Shown: piece after piece, positions 31,012-42,610 of the stretch
Position numbering within the stretch: position 1 is the stretch's first letter
How the letters are laid out: every line of letters starts with the position of its first letter
DNA from: Heteronotia binoei
Lineage: Eukaryota
Direction: 5' to 3'
Length of the DNA: 64,000 bases
NCBI RefSeq assembly: GCF_032191835.1
Contig: NC_083237.1
Coordinates: forward strand, 23,560,001 to 23,624,000
Position numbers and translations under genes: made by a program
The notes under the pieces: model-generated
Databases searched by the model: none
What the model was told of the DNA's origin: nothing
What the model saw: the letters and a program-made list of their open reading frames with translations, nothing else

Positions 31012-33239
31012 CTTTAGTGCAATAATAGTGGCTCAGATGATTTTGAGCCAGGCCCTGTTCCCTGATGTGACACCAGCCCTGTGTTTCAGGTGAGAGGGCA
31101 AGACTCTTGCCTGGGAGCATTTGTGGTTGACAGTTGGTTCCCACCTCAAAACAGCTGGTGCTAGAAAAATGGGCAAGGTGAGAATCTTCCCAAGGTGCAA
31201 CATCATGCCAAGAATGGGAGTAAATGTGGCTTTTTCACCTGATGGCAATTAGCTTTCTGTGAACCACAGAGGGAGCACCACTGCTTGAGTTGATTTGAAT
31301 CTGCAAAAATGTGTAACTGATTAAAACAATTCTATGGGGAAACAGGCCGGAGATAACATTTGCACATTTAACAAGCTGTTCAAAGCCGGGAAAGTGAAAA
31401 TGGATCACTGTGTGTCAAGAATGGTTACCCTGAAGAAACTAATTGAATTAGACTCTTTGTAACTATTTGCAGCTTTCAGATTTCCAGTTCCAAATCATCT
31501 AAGGGTGGGCAAGAAAGCAGGATGGCTCTTAATACAAAAGCTTGCAAAGCAGACACAGGGCTGGTCAATACCTGGGTGGAGATCTGGCAACCTAACTGAA
31601 GTGCTTTAACTCCATAATATCAGAAAGGTAGTGGATAACATGAGTTAGAAGATGAGGTAAAAACAAGGTAATACAATAAACTGTGCAATAAACTACAACC
31701 CTATTCCCTTTATAAAAGGCCCTCCTGAACAATTCTGTTTATTATACTACATTCTGCTTTTTCCCATGGCTCAAGGGGCCTTACAACTCTATATTTAAAA
31801 CAGAAAATCCAACCGCCTCAAATACCCACACAGTGACAGAATACTTTGCATTAATGGGCCTTTGCCTAATTTGCATTTTAACTGCTTTTCACTTTGTCCA
31901 TGCAAGGTCTTTCTAAAGTGGTCCATATTTATATTAATTTAACTAGCCTTTTCCCAACAAGAGACTCAGGGCAGTGGCTTACAATTATACACTAAACCAA
32001 ATCCACCTACAAAACCACCTTAGCCAACATTGCCCCCCCTCATCAGTTACTAAGGTCTGTAAAATAATTCTGTTTTATGCTGATTTGGAAAGTCAAGTGT
32101 AGATGCTTTTCTGACACGTTCTGGAAGAGCTTTCCACCACATGAAGGCAATCACAGAGAAAGCTATTTGTTCAAATCTTTACAATTAACCCCCCCCCCCC
32201 CAAAAAAAACCTGCAAATGTTGGGGTTTATCCAGCCTTTTGCCTCCTTTTTCTTTGCATTCTACATCTGGGCTGACGAACAGTTCTGGAGAACTTGAAAT
32301 CTTGCTCACTCTAGAGTTGCCAACCTCACAACAACCCTGTAAGGTAGGTTAGGTTTCCATCATAGAGTGGGAATTCGAACACAGGCCTTCCAGATTGTAT
32401 TCTGACATTCTAACCACTACACCACACTGTCTGCCCTACAGGCTTATTACTAGCTTTTTACTGTCAGTTTGAAGGAGCAGTGACTCACAAAAGCTCCTAC
32501 CCTGCCACAAATTGTGTTAGTCTTCAAAGTACTGCTGGACTCCTGCTCTTTTCCTACGGTTCCCACTCTGTACATGAAAGCGTTTTTTTTTTTTTTTTTT
32601 ACCACCATCAGTTTAGCCCTGCGTTTAAACAGAAACCAACCCAATATACCAGGGGTGGCCAAACTGTGGCTCTTTCATACATACTGTGGCTCTTAAAGCC
32701 CCTGTCACCGGAGAAGGTAGATCACTTCTCCCAGTCAAGCCGCTTGAAGAATGTGTTTAAAGTTGCTTTCTTTCCACCTCCACCTCTCACATCTATTTAA
32801 TTTCTTTCCACTTTTCTTTCTTCCCTCCCTCCCTCCCTGTCTTGTGGCTCTCAAACAGCTGACGCTCATGTCTTGTGGCTCTCAAACATATGACGTTATT
32901 CTATGTAGCTCTTACATTAAGCAAGTTTGGCCACCATACACTCATCTTGGCATGTACTCTCGTTCGGCTGCTGGGAGAACAGATGCTTCAGCCACTGACT
33001 AATGACACATCGGTATCAAAGTCCCCTGCCTCGATTTCCTCTTTGAATTTCCACACTGCATTTCTTTCCTGCGGCAATAGGCCGACTAAACGAAATATTT
33101 ATTTTACTTTTTAAATAAAAAAATAAGCTTTACTTGAAATGCTCCCTTTTGTCATTTCCGCCTGTGCCCTTCAGCTACCGACCAACTCATTTAAACACCT
33201 CGTCCACAGTAGGAATTCTTTTCCCCGTCCCTTAAAAAA

Positions 33240-33600
33240 AAAAAAGATGTACGTCACTTCCTGTCAGCAGAACGTCCCGCCCCCTTAAAGGTATAGAAAG
33301 AAAGGTCCTTTCCTCTCGCTTTACCCCGACTTTCTTTTTTCGAAGAGGAAGCGGAAGTGACGTACAACGCGGAGCACTTGGTGGGAGAGCCGGAAAGGGA
33401 GAGGGGGAGGGGCCGGGGCCGGGAGCCGGAGGGAGCCGCGGAGCAGCCGCCACCGTCGCCGCCGCTGCCACCGGGACCCCAGGTACACTCCGCCGGCCGT
33501 GATGCGCATGCGTGGGGCACCCTTCCCTTCGCGTTCCGAATGTTCCTTGGGTCGGGGGCCGCGGGGAAGTTGGTTGCTATAGAGACAGGAGCGAAGTGAG
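33240..33600 (+). promoter_or_regulatory. PPP4C: PPP4C CpG-island promoter and non-coding exon 1 (ends 33482)
   Basis: ETS-CRE composites at 33251-33263 (inverted) and 33352-33363; NRF1 TGCGCATGCG 33503-33512; donor ag|gtacac at 33483. Confidence 0.75.
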
Positions 33601-34844
33601 GGCAGGTAGACGAGCGAGGAGAATTCTTCATGTGGTTCCGAGGAAGGAAGGAAGAATAATTTGTGAGGTGCAGGTTGGGGCAGCAAAGGTAGCCCGTGGG
33701 CTCTTGCTCCAATCGTGAGGTGCCTCCTTAGAGGACATCAGGTTTCGCCCCTCACCCAAGTGTAGGGCTAGGTGTGCTCTGCCCCAAGGGGTATCCAGTC
33801 TAGGGAACGGTAGAGGCGGAGAGCGCAAGAAGTAAAGCCTTCGAGTAGGGACTCTTGTGTATGCTGGTGGAGGTAAGCCACACATTTCAGCCAGGTTGTA
33901 ATTTATTTGTTTGTTTTTACTTCTGCCTAGACTACCTTGGGGTGATTTCAAAGCATGTATAGGAAAATGGGGCTAAAGTTCTTAAACAGGGGAATAGGCA
34001 CCACTTGGGAAGCCTTTCTAGGGAGGAGGTGGATGTTCAAGTGCTGCTGGGGTAACAGGAGGGAGCTGGATCAAGATGGGGATCCCTGTTAGTCTGTCTG
34101 CAGCAAGAGAAAAGAGCAGGAGTCCAGTAGTACCTTTAAGACTAACAACATTTGTGGCAGGGTAAGAGCTTTCATGAGTCACTATGCACTTTAGATAACA
34201 GCTAAAATGTGAGTCTGTCTTCTGTATGGAAAGAGGAGTGATTTCAGATGTCAGATAGCAGATGAATGACAATAGCAGGTGTGATTGGATTAGGTGTGCT
34301 ACGCAGAGGGGTATTGGGCGTGGAGGGAACTGGCCACAATTTCTTGCTCTTTTTGCCTTCTACCCTCTTTACCCACCCCTTCCAGACATTGTTTAGAAGG
34401 TTAGATGAGTTAATGAAATGGAGATGAGGATTTTGGGTGGGGTGGTTTTGCCTAGATAGGTGATAACAGTGTCCTGAGGCTCCTTAACCAAGTCTTTGCT
34501 CTTAGGGGTTTTGTGAAACTGAAATAAAGAGGGGCAGGATGGTGGAACCAAGTGTGCTGACCTGAGTTTCAATCTCCCTGACACGTTCATTGTTTTTCAA
34601 AATGTGGGTTTCATTCTTGCCTTCCCTTCCCCCAAGTTTTCAGTGCAGTTGAAACTGACAGGGTACCTTAATGAACTGGAGGAGACTTTGTTTCCCACCT
34701 CTTCTAAATCTAACACCATCTTATACTGCTGGGGATGCCATGCAGGACCTTTGGCAAGAGGCTTGTAAAGGACACATTGTAGTTGTGACACAGTTTGTAG
34801 AATTTGGGTGAATAACCTGCAGAGCCTTTTTAATAGAAGCACTC

Positions 34845-35035
34845 CCATATAACAGATACCACCCATCTTGTCAGTAAAATGAGTACCCAGCTTGCTGGGG
34901 GTAAAGTGTAGATGACTGGGGAAGGCAATGACAAACCACCCGGTAAAAAGTCTGCCATAAAAATGTTGTGAAAGCAATGTCACCCTAGAGTTGGAAATGA
35001 CTGGTGTTTGCACAGGGGATTACTTTTACCTTTTT
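34845..35035 (+). mobile_element. Sauria SINE 3' part (BovB-related tail)
   Basis: aaaatgagtacccagcttgctggg...ggggaaggcaatg..aaacc...acctttttac; matches the copy at 60350-60640. Confidence 0.7.
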
Positions 35036-35297
35036 ACCTTACAATCATAGAGATGGTCGTGGAGGGATCCCTGTATGGATTGTTAGGCTCTGCCTCTGTT
35101 TACTTCCTAGTTAGGGGGCAGTAGTGGAATCCCAAACACAGAATCAGGGTCCTTATAACAATAGCCATTTACTCTTGTGATTAGAAGATTTGCTTGAGGT
35201 TGCGATAGCTCCCTTCTGCCCAAATGGTATACAGTGATGGTCACCCTGGAGTCCCCCCAGTTGAACTGACTTCCTTTCTGCTTCTGTAGGGAGCAAG

Positions 35298-35395
35298 ATG
35301 GCTGAAATCAGTGACCTTGACCGCCAGATTGAACAACTACGGCGCTGTGAGCTCATCAAAGAGAGCGAGGTCAAAGCCCTCTGTGCCAAGGCCAG
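35298..35395 (+). CDS. PPP4C: PPP4C coding exon 1
   Basis: [10 protein letters not shown]...LCAKA; donor gtaaga. Confidence 0.96.
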
Positions 35396-38300
35396 GTAAG
35401 AGATGGCAAGCATCTCTAGGGGAAATGGCTGTTTCAAGGAAGTGAGATGTATCCAATGATAGCGTGGAACGTTGGAGAGTAACGCATCTCTATCATTCTG
35501 TTAACAGAGAGATCTTGGTAGAGGAAAGCAATGTCCAGAGAGTAGATTCTCCAGTAACGGTAAGTTTTGGTAAATAGTGGGCATATTTGATGGTAGTCTG
35601 GGGCCCGGGAGCCACATGTAGCTCTTCCATACATGTTATGTGGCTCTTGAAGCCCCCACCATCCTGTCGTCCAGTTTGGAGAAGGCATTTGTCTTTTTAA
35701 ATTAATTCACCAAGCCAGCAGGTTAAGGTTGCTTTCTTCCCTCCTCTCTCCCTCCCTCCTCTCTCCCCCATCTATTTTCCTTTTCTCCTTCCCTCTTTCC
35801 TTCCTTCCCTCCCTGAAACATTTGATGTTTATGTCTTGCAGCTCTCAAACATCTGATGTTTATTCTGTGTGGTTCTTGTGTTAAGCAGTTTGGCCGCCCC
35901 TGATAATAGGAATATCCTTCCCAATCACTAATGCATCTTTCTTTCCAGGTTTGTGGAGATATCCATGGCCAATTCTATGATCTTAAAGAGCTTTTCAGGG
36001 TGAGTTTCCATTCAGTTCTAGGGCTCCCTTCTACGTTTTCAAGTTCTTGTTGGCAAACTCTTTACCTGATGCTTTTCTCCCTTCTATAGGTGGGTGGTGA
36101 TGTGCCTGAGACCAACTATCTCTTCATGGGAGACTTTGTCGACCGTGGTTTCTACAGTGTTGAAACGTTCTTGCTACTACTGGCCCTCAAGGTTGGAAAA
36201 CCTCCCTAAGAAATTCCCCCAAATCCGGAATTCTACTTTCCTTTGCTTTAACCTGTATAAAGTTCTGTGTTCTACAAGATGCTTAACTTCTCATGGCCTT
36301 GCTCTAACATGGCTTGATCCCCTTCTCCCTACAGGTCCGCTACCCTGACCGGATCACCCTGATTCGCGGCAACCATGAAAGCAGACAGATCACCCAGGTT
36401 TATGGGTTTTACGATGAATGCCTGAGGAAATATGGCTCTGTCACTGTGTGGCGGTACTGCACTGAGATCTTTGACTACCTCAGCCTCTCTGCGATCATTG
36501 ATGGCAAGGTGAGGGAGTGGGCCGAGCTGGCTAATCCCAGTTTTCTGAATTGGAACTGAGCTCAGCTGAAAGGAGTGGTGGCAAATATTTGAAGATCATT
36601 AAGAGTGGTGACGTGAAGGAGAAATTGTGACCCTGTGACTTTGAGAGTGGATCTCTGACTTGTCACTTGTGGTTCTTCTGGGCTCTGTTCCCTAATGTGA
36701 CACTTGCCCCATGTTTCAGGAGAGTGGGCAAAGCTCTTGCCCAGTAGGGCTTGTGCTTGGCAGATGGTCAGGTAAACTGCATGCCTCTCTGAGGTGCCGG
36801 CCTTGGAGAGTCAGTTTGGTGTAGTGGTTAAGTGCGCGGACTCATATCTGGGAGAACCACTCCCAGATATGATTTCCCATTCCTCCACTTGCAGCTGCTG
36901 GAATGATTGTGGGTCAGCCATAGCTATCACAGAGCTGTCCTTGAAAGGGCATCTTCTTGGAGAGCTCTCCCAGCCCCACCTACTCACAGGGTGTCTGTTG
37001 TGGGGGAGGAAGGTAAAGAAGATTGTAGGCCACTCTGGGATTCAGAGTATAGTTGGAGTATAAATTCAATATCATCATCTTCTCATGCCAGGGATGGAAC
37101 TAAATGCTGCTCTTTCCATTGATTGTTACTGTGAATTCCACTGTGCTTTTTTCATTGATTAATAGTTGTTACTCTCGACTGAGTACCATTGGCTTATAGT
37201 TCAATTTTGCCAGTACACTGAACATTTGTCATTGATGTGCTTCTTTCCCACTGCCCAGATTTTCTGTGTCCATGGTGGTCTCTCGCCCTCCATCCAGACG
37301 CTGGACCAGATCAGGACGATAGACCGTAAACAAGAAGTTCCTCACGATGGTCCCATGTGTGATCTTCTCTGGTCTGACCCTGAAGGTATGGCAGTGGGGG
37401 GCGGGGTGTCTCTGTTTATTTCTGCATTAGGCACAGGCAAGGTTTTTGTTCCAGGAGAGGAATTAACAAGGGAGGTTGTAGCAGGGAGAGGAATGGAAAA
37501 TATTGGCAGAATGAGACACCTTTTTATGCTGGTGTAAAATTGTATTGGTACCCTAAGAGAGGGTGACCATTGCCTTGAGATCTTTACCTGCTTTGACATC
37601 CTATGAATCATTTATTCTGTACAAAGGGCCAGGGAAATCATCATTATGGTGGTTATTTTTAATGAGGCTGTCTTGAATTCTGGGTCATAATATTGTAATA
37701 GGAAATGAAAGTGGTCAAAGTGTCAGGCTAGGGACAGAGTTCTGGGTTGAGGGGAGTCACTCTACTGTGAAATTCATCTGGTGACAGTCACTGTGTCCCA
37801 GCCTTGTCTACCTTGCAAGGTTTCTGTGAGGATAAAATGGAGGAAAGGAAAACCAGTTGCATGCTGCCCTGAACTCCTTGGAAATGTGGGATTAAAAAGG
37901 GTGTATGTGTGTGAGAGAGGGCTTCCACTGCCAGCTGTGCTGTTCAGACAGTCTTCTCCTCATGCTGTTCCCCTCTTACAACTGTCTGTCTCACAGCTGT
38001 TAGATCACAATCTTTTTCTGTGGTAAGACCAGGCCTTTAGAATAGCTTTCCAGGCTGGGTGTGAAGTGGGCCCTGGCTCTCAGTACACAGGTAGAGGTGT
38101 AAAGCAGTTTGTTTTTTTTGAAAGGGCAATTAGTGGAAGGGAAATTGTTTGGGTAGCCTGGCTGTGCTGTTTTTATTTTATTTTATTCGCTATTTTTATA
38201 ATCCACCTTTCTCATTGAGAGTCAGAATGGATAATGCAGCTTAAGTCTGTAACAGTCCTTACAAAGATATTTAATAAGCCTACTTGTAGGTCAGCACAAT

Positions 38301-40236
38301 CTGTTTGAGACCTATGATGAGCAATGTACTCGCCCTAGGATTACTGAAATCTGAGTGGACATAGCAAACTGGTTGTGATACAGAGAGTGGCTATAATGAA
38401 GAAAATTGGTGTTACATCAGAAGAAAGCAATGAAATGACAATGGGAGCAAACTGATGAGATGTTCTGTACACAATGGTATTGTCTGTGGTCTATTTTCAC
38501 TTTGTAAAGCATGTTCTGAAGTATTCTCTTATAGGACAGCCCTATTGCCTTTACAGAAAAGTCCTGAACAGCTAGGTTTTATGCAGTTTACAGAATGAAC
38601 AGAGTGTGGGAGTCCTCCTGAAAATACAAGCTTCATGTTTGAACCCAGCAATATTGTCCTCATATTGCCATGGGTGGAGAGGACTATAGAAAATGGTCAG
38701 CCTCCATTTTAGGTCCAGCCTCTCACATGCAGAGAATTCACCAATGGACAGTTGTTTATGGTGGATGCCTTACTCAGGACTGGCAGCTTTGCCTTCCGAG
38801 GAGCCCCCCAAGGCCCAAGCACACACCTTACCCCAGATCCATTTTTCCCTCTCACCTGCCTTGCTTCTGTCTTGTAATGCCTCTGCTCATCCTTCAAGCA
38901 CTGCAACACCTTCCAGCTCTGCTTTGGGGATCCCAGCTATAAAGCCCCCCAAGCCCACCCCATCTTACAACATGCTGCTGCCCCATCTTTTTGCCTTTCC
39001 CCAGATGTATGCGGGAAGGAGGGATCCTTCCTTGCCCCAGGCTGGGTTTCTATTTCTTTCTGGACATGCAGAATGCTTTTTAAATATTTTGCTGACTTGG
39101 ATGGGGTTTTTTTTAATGCATTTGCAATTCACTGCTTTTAGCTGCTGTGAATCCAGGAAGATAAATAAAGAGAAAGGGACTTTGGTTGCTGGGAGACAGA
39201 GAATCATGTAGCTTTCATGTCATTAATGGCCAATTAGCAGCCAAATTAACAACAGAACTCTGCTTCTAGAGGAGATTAGTGTACTTTATCATCCTCCCTT
39301 ACTTCCTGCTTGAATTGGTGATAATTTTGCTAAATGGACATACATATTTTGTTCTGGATTTGGCTGGGGTGGGCGAGCAGCATTCTACAGAATCTCCCCC
39401 CCCGCACACACACACATAATCCTTGCCAACCAGTGTTTTATTTTGGTCTTTTAATATTTTTTTTTAATGCACAGGCCTTTTCTTCCCCTTGATCCTGTCT
39501 GATGCTTGGTTTTCTTTGCCATAGTAAATTCCAATTTCCTTCCTTTGCAGACACTACAGGATGGGGGGTGAGCCCTCGGGGGGCTGGCTACTTATTTGGC
39601 AGTGACGTGGTGGCACAATTCAACGCAGCGAATGACATTGACATGATCTGCCGGGCACACCAGCTGGTTATGGAAGGGTACAAGTGGCACTTCAATGAGA
39701 CAGTTCTTACTGTCTGGTCAGCTCCCAACTACTGCTACCGGTGAGGAGGAGGAAGAACGTGTGTAGGAATGCTGGAGAGAAGTTGTGGGTGGGTCTAGAT
39801 CTGCGTATCACTTTGAGCTTCTTAGAAGGAAGCTTGGGGCCCAGGGAAACAGTTTGGACATTAGTCCCCCTGTAAGATGTCCTAGCACAGGGGTGGCCAA
39901 TGGTAGCTCTCCAGATGTTTTTTTTGCCTACAACTCCCATCAGCCCTAGCCATTGGCCATGCTGGCTGGGGCTGATGGGAGTTGTAGGCAAAAAAAACAT
40001 CTAGAGAGCTACTGTTGGCCACCCCTGTCTAGCAGATACTTTGGCGGGGGGGAGTTAGTGCTTGGAGCCACCCCATGTTGACCCCTGTCGTTTTTTCCAC
40101 ATGCAGCTGTGGAAATGTGGCAGCCATACTGGAACTAGATGAACACCTTCAGAAGGAATTTATCATCTTTGAAGCAGCCCCTCAAGAAACTCGAGGCATC
40201 CCATCTAAGAAGCCTGTTGCGGACTACTTCCTGTGA
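35298..40236 (+). CDS. PPP4C: Serine/threonine-protein phosphatase 4 catalytic subunit, 307 aa
   Basis: join(35298-35395,35508-35559,35949-35999,36090-36191,36335-36508,37259-37385,39551-39740,40107-40236) = 924 nt. PPP motifs GDIHG, GDFVDRG, RGNHE, SAPNY. Starts [14 protein letters not shown] and ends [15 protein letters not shown] at 40383-40388 and 41583-41588. Confidence 0.97.
35508..35559 (+). CDS. PPP4C: PPP4C coding exon 2
   Basis: [17 protein letters not shown]. Confidence 0.96.
35949..35999 (+). CDS. PPP4C: PPP4C coding exon 3
   Basis: [17 protein letters not shown]. Confidence 0.96.
36090..36191 (+). CDS. PPP4C: PPP4C coding exon 4
   Basis: [20 protein letters not shown]...ALK. 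Confidence 0.96.
36335..36508 (+). CDS. PPP4C: PPP4C coding exon 5
   Basis: [18 protein letters not shown]...IIDGK. Confidence 0.96.
36806..37085 (+). mobile_element. tRNA-derived SINE (Squam3/MIR-like)
   Basis: gagagtcagtttggtgtagtggttaagtgcgcggactc head; tail ending atcatcatcttct. Confidence 0.75.
37259..37385 (+). CDS. PPP4C: PPP4C coding exon 6
   Basis: [11 protein letters not shown]...LLWSDPE. Confidence 0.96.
37441..37696 (+). repeat. Copy A of a ~256-bp inverted duplication (PPP4C intron 7)
   Basis: Reverse complement of 44889-45147; about 12 substitutions and one 3-nt indel by hand alignment. Confidence 0.9.
39551..39740 (+). CDS. PPP4C: PPP4C coding exon 7
   Basis: [12 protein letters not shown]...[10 protein letters not shown]...SAPNYCY. 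Confidence 0.96.
39888..40027. mobile_element. Palindromic hAT MITE in the last PPP4C intron
   Basis: Same hairpin family as 30882-31011; CTAGCA repeated on both flanks. Confidence 0.85.
40107..40236 (+). CDS. PPP4C: PPP4C last coding exon
   Basis: [10 protein letters not shown]...[12 protein letters not shown]. Confidence 0.96.
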
Positions 40237-42360
40237 ATGCTCTTCCCATCTCCATTGTGCAGTTTCTGTTTTCTATCGTGGCTGGGGTGGGCAGCCTTTC
40301 CCTCCCCCCAAGTCTGGCAGGGTTCAGGTTTCCCTCTTTCAGGTCTTTTCTCTCCCTGTTCCCCACCCCCCCACCCGTGCCCAATAAATCCTCAGTTCTG
40401 GACTCCTTAGTCTGAATTGGATATATATTTTTCTGCATTATTGTATCCCAGCCAGTCTCTCCGCCCTTTGTGGTTTTTTTGAAGGCTGCCCTAATGTTTA
40501 TTCCCCACCTATGATACTGCTTGGGAAGTCTGGTTATTGGAGAGACCCAGATCACTCTGTGCAAAATCTAGAAATGCAGAGAACAGGAGATTCAGAGTTC
40601 TTTGGTTTCATTAGAGGAGCGGCTGATTGGCTTCCTTGCCCAGCTGTCTGAGGTATACGTAGTGTTTCTCTATTCCCGAAAAGTATTGGAAACTACTAGT
40701 GGGGAAAGAGCAAGCTGGGTTTAAATGCACCCCACCGCTCCCAATTCAGTGGCCAAAAAAATGTCAAGTTCCCTGGGAGGGAAAAGTCTCTGGACTAGTT
40801 CCTGTCTCTGAGAGAAAATGGGAAGCACCCTTTCTGGTCAGCTGACCATGGAACTCTTTGGATTTGGTGCCATTCTATTACATTTAAAGCAGAAAACAGG
40901 AAGTGCTTGAAACCTAGACCTGTCTGGTTGCTGGAAGACCTGGAACACTGGTTTCCCAGCACTTCAGTGCATTGTCTGCTTAAACTACGTGGAAGAGATT
41001 GACCAGAAAGTGCTTCTTTCTCTTCTTTTTTTAAAGGTGCTACCACCTCTTAAACTTATCTGGGCAGTTAAACTGTCCCCAAGTGTATCACAATTAGAAG
41101 ATGCGCACAGTGGTAGACTTTCTGGTCATTGGAGGTTCCAAGTATTTATGGAATCCTTTCAAGTCTGGTAGTCAGTTTACTAAAATTTTATCACCAGATC
41201 AATATCCTGCCTCCCCTCCTTCCTGCCTCCCCCTTCTCCCTGGGTGGGGAGATTGGGACCACATCACGCTGAAAATTTTGACCAATGGGGTGCAGTTTTA
41301 TTCTCCTCCCCCCACTGGACTTCCTGCCCCCTGTGGGGATGGTGTATCAAAATCCCACCCACCCTCAGGGTCAAAATTCCCCACCCTTCCCTTTATTATT
41401 TTGAAAGGGTATTCTTTGTCCAGATATCTGTTTAGAGTTAGAAGGGGGAGGGAACCTCTTGCCACTTTTCCCTACATCTAGGAGGGCTTTCCCTTCCATC
41501 TCCCGTGATCTCTCTTGCTCTAATTTTATTTTGTTTTCATTTGAGTTTTTTCCTATTTACAACTTTTTAGATAAAAAATTCTAATAAAACTAAGGGAAAA
41601 AAAACTGACCTCTTGTACCTTGCATGTTTTTGTTTTGTTTTCCCTAATGGTTTTTCGGACAGTGTGTGCTGAAAGCTGCAAAAAAAAAAAGGTCTAATAC
41701 ACATCACCCTTCTGTTCTACTCCTCCTCCTAACCAGCTTGGGTTCTGCAGCAGAGAAGGGGGCTCTGTAAAGTGAAGGTTTCTGCCCACTAACTAATGAA
41801 AGATGAGAGACATGGAAATCTTCATAGCAGGTGGGATCTGTCTGCTATAGAACACCTCTGATATGTTATTTGAGAATCTCACCTGTTAATCTCTATGTAA
41901 AACTAGATCTTGGTGCTACTGCTGCTTAAAGGCATGTTGAAGTTTCCACCAGTGCTGCTTGCCTCAAACCTATAATATACAAACATTATTGTAACTGAGA
42001 ACTCCCATTCTGGTATGTTTCAGGCTCTCTTGATGAGAAACGTTTAAAGTCAAGAGAGAAACTGCTAAAGCCTCAAACGTAACTTGAATGGCATAGCCAG
42101 TGCTTTATCCCTCCATAGAAAAACAAATGAGAATAGAGCCTTGGGATGGACCTTGGGTGTTTGGCTTTACATAACACTTGGAAGAAGACACACAAAACTT
42201 TAGTTACAGTCGCAGAAGGATTTAATAAGGATATACACAAGCTTACCACTGTCTCTTCGCAAACAGATAAAGAGAGGAGGAAGCACCAGGATTCTTTGAA
42301 AGCAAAAGAGGATGAAAGAGCTAGGAGCCAGGATCCTGGGTTTTGTGGGAGAAAGAAGGG

Positions 42361-42610
42361 TTAGAGCATGGGTGGCTGGGAGCCAGGATAGCTGGTGGGA
42401 GGCCCATACACACGAGGGGTTGGGGGATAAGGTGTGAAGCTGAACTTGAAAGGTGGGAAGGGAGAAGCATCTGGTGGTTCTGGGCCCCCAAGGAATGGAA
42501 TTATATCCAGGCCGTTCCAACTTGTTGGGAGCATTGCTCTGAAGTCTGATTGCTCAGGAGGTGACTTGGCCGTGGGTGAAGATGGTGGAGGTGCCATTTC
42601 TTGACTTGGG
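42361..42610 (-). CDS. TBX6: TBX6 last coding exon
   Basis: ccctacag acceptor; PSQEMAPP...[13 protein letters not shown]. Confidence 0.82.

Noticed and set aside
38693-39211. 172-aa ORF in PPP4C intron 7
   Set aside because: No domain similarity or convincing splice context; the PPP4C frame is complete without it.
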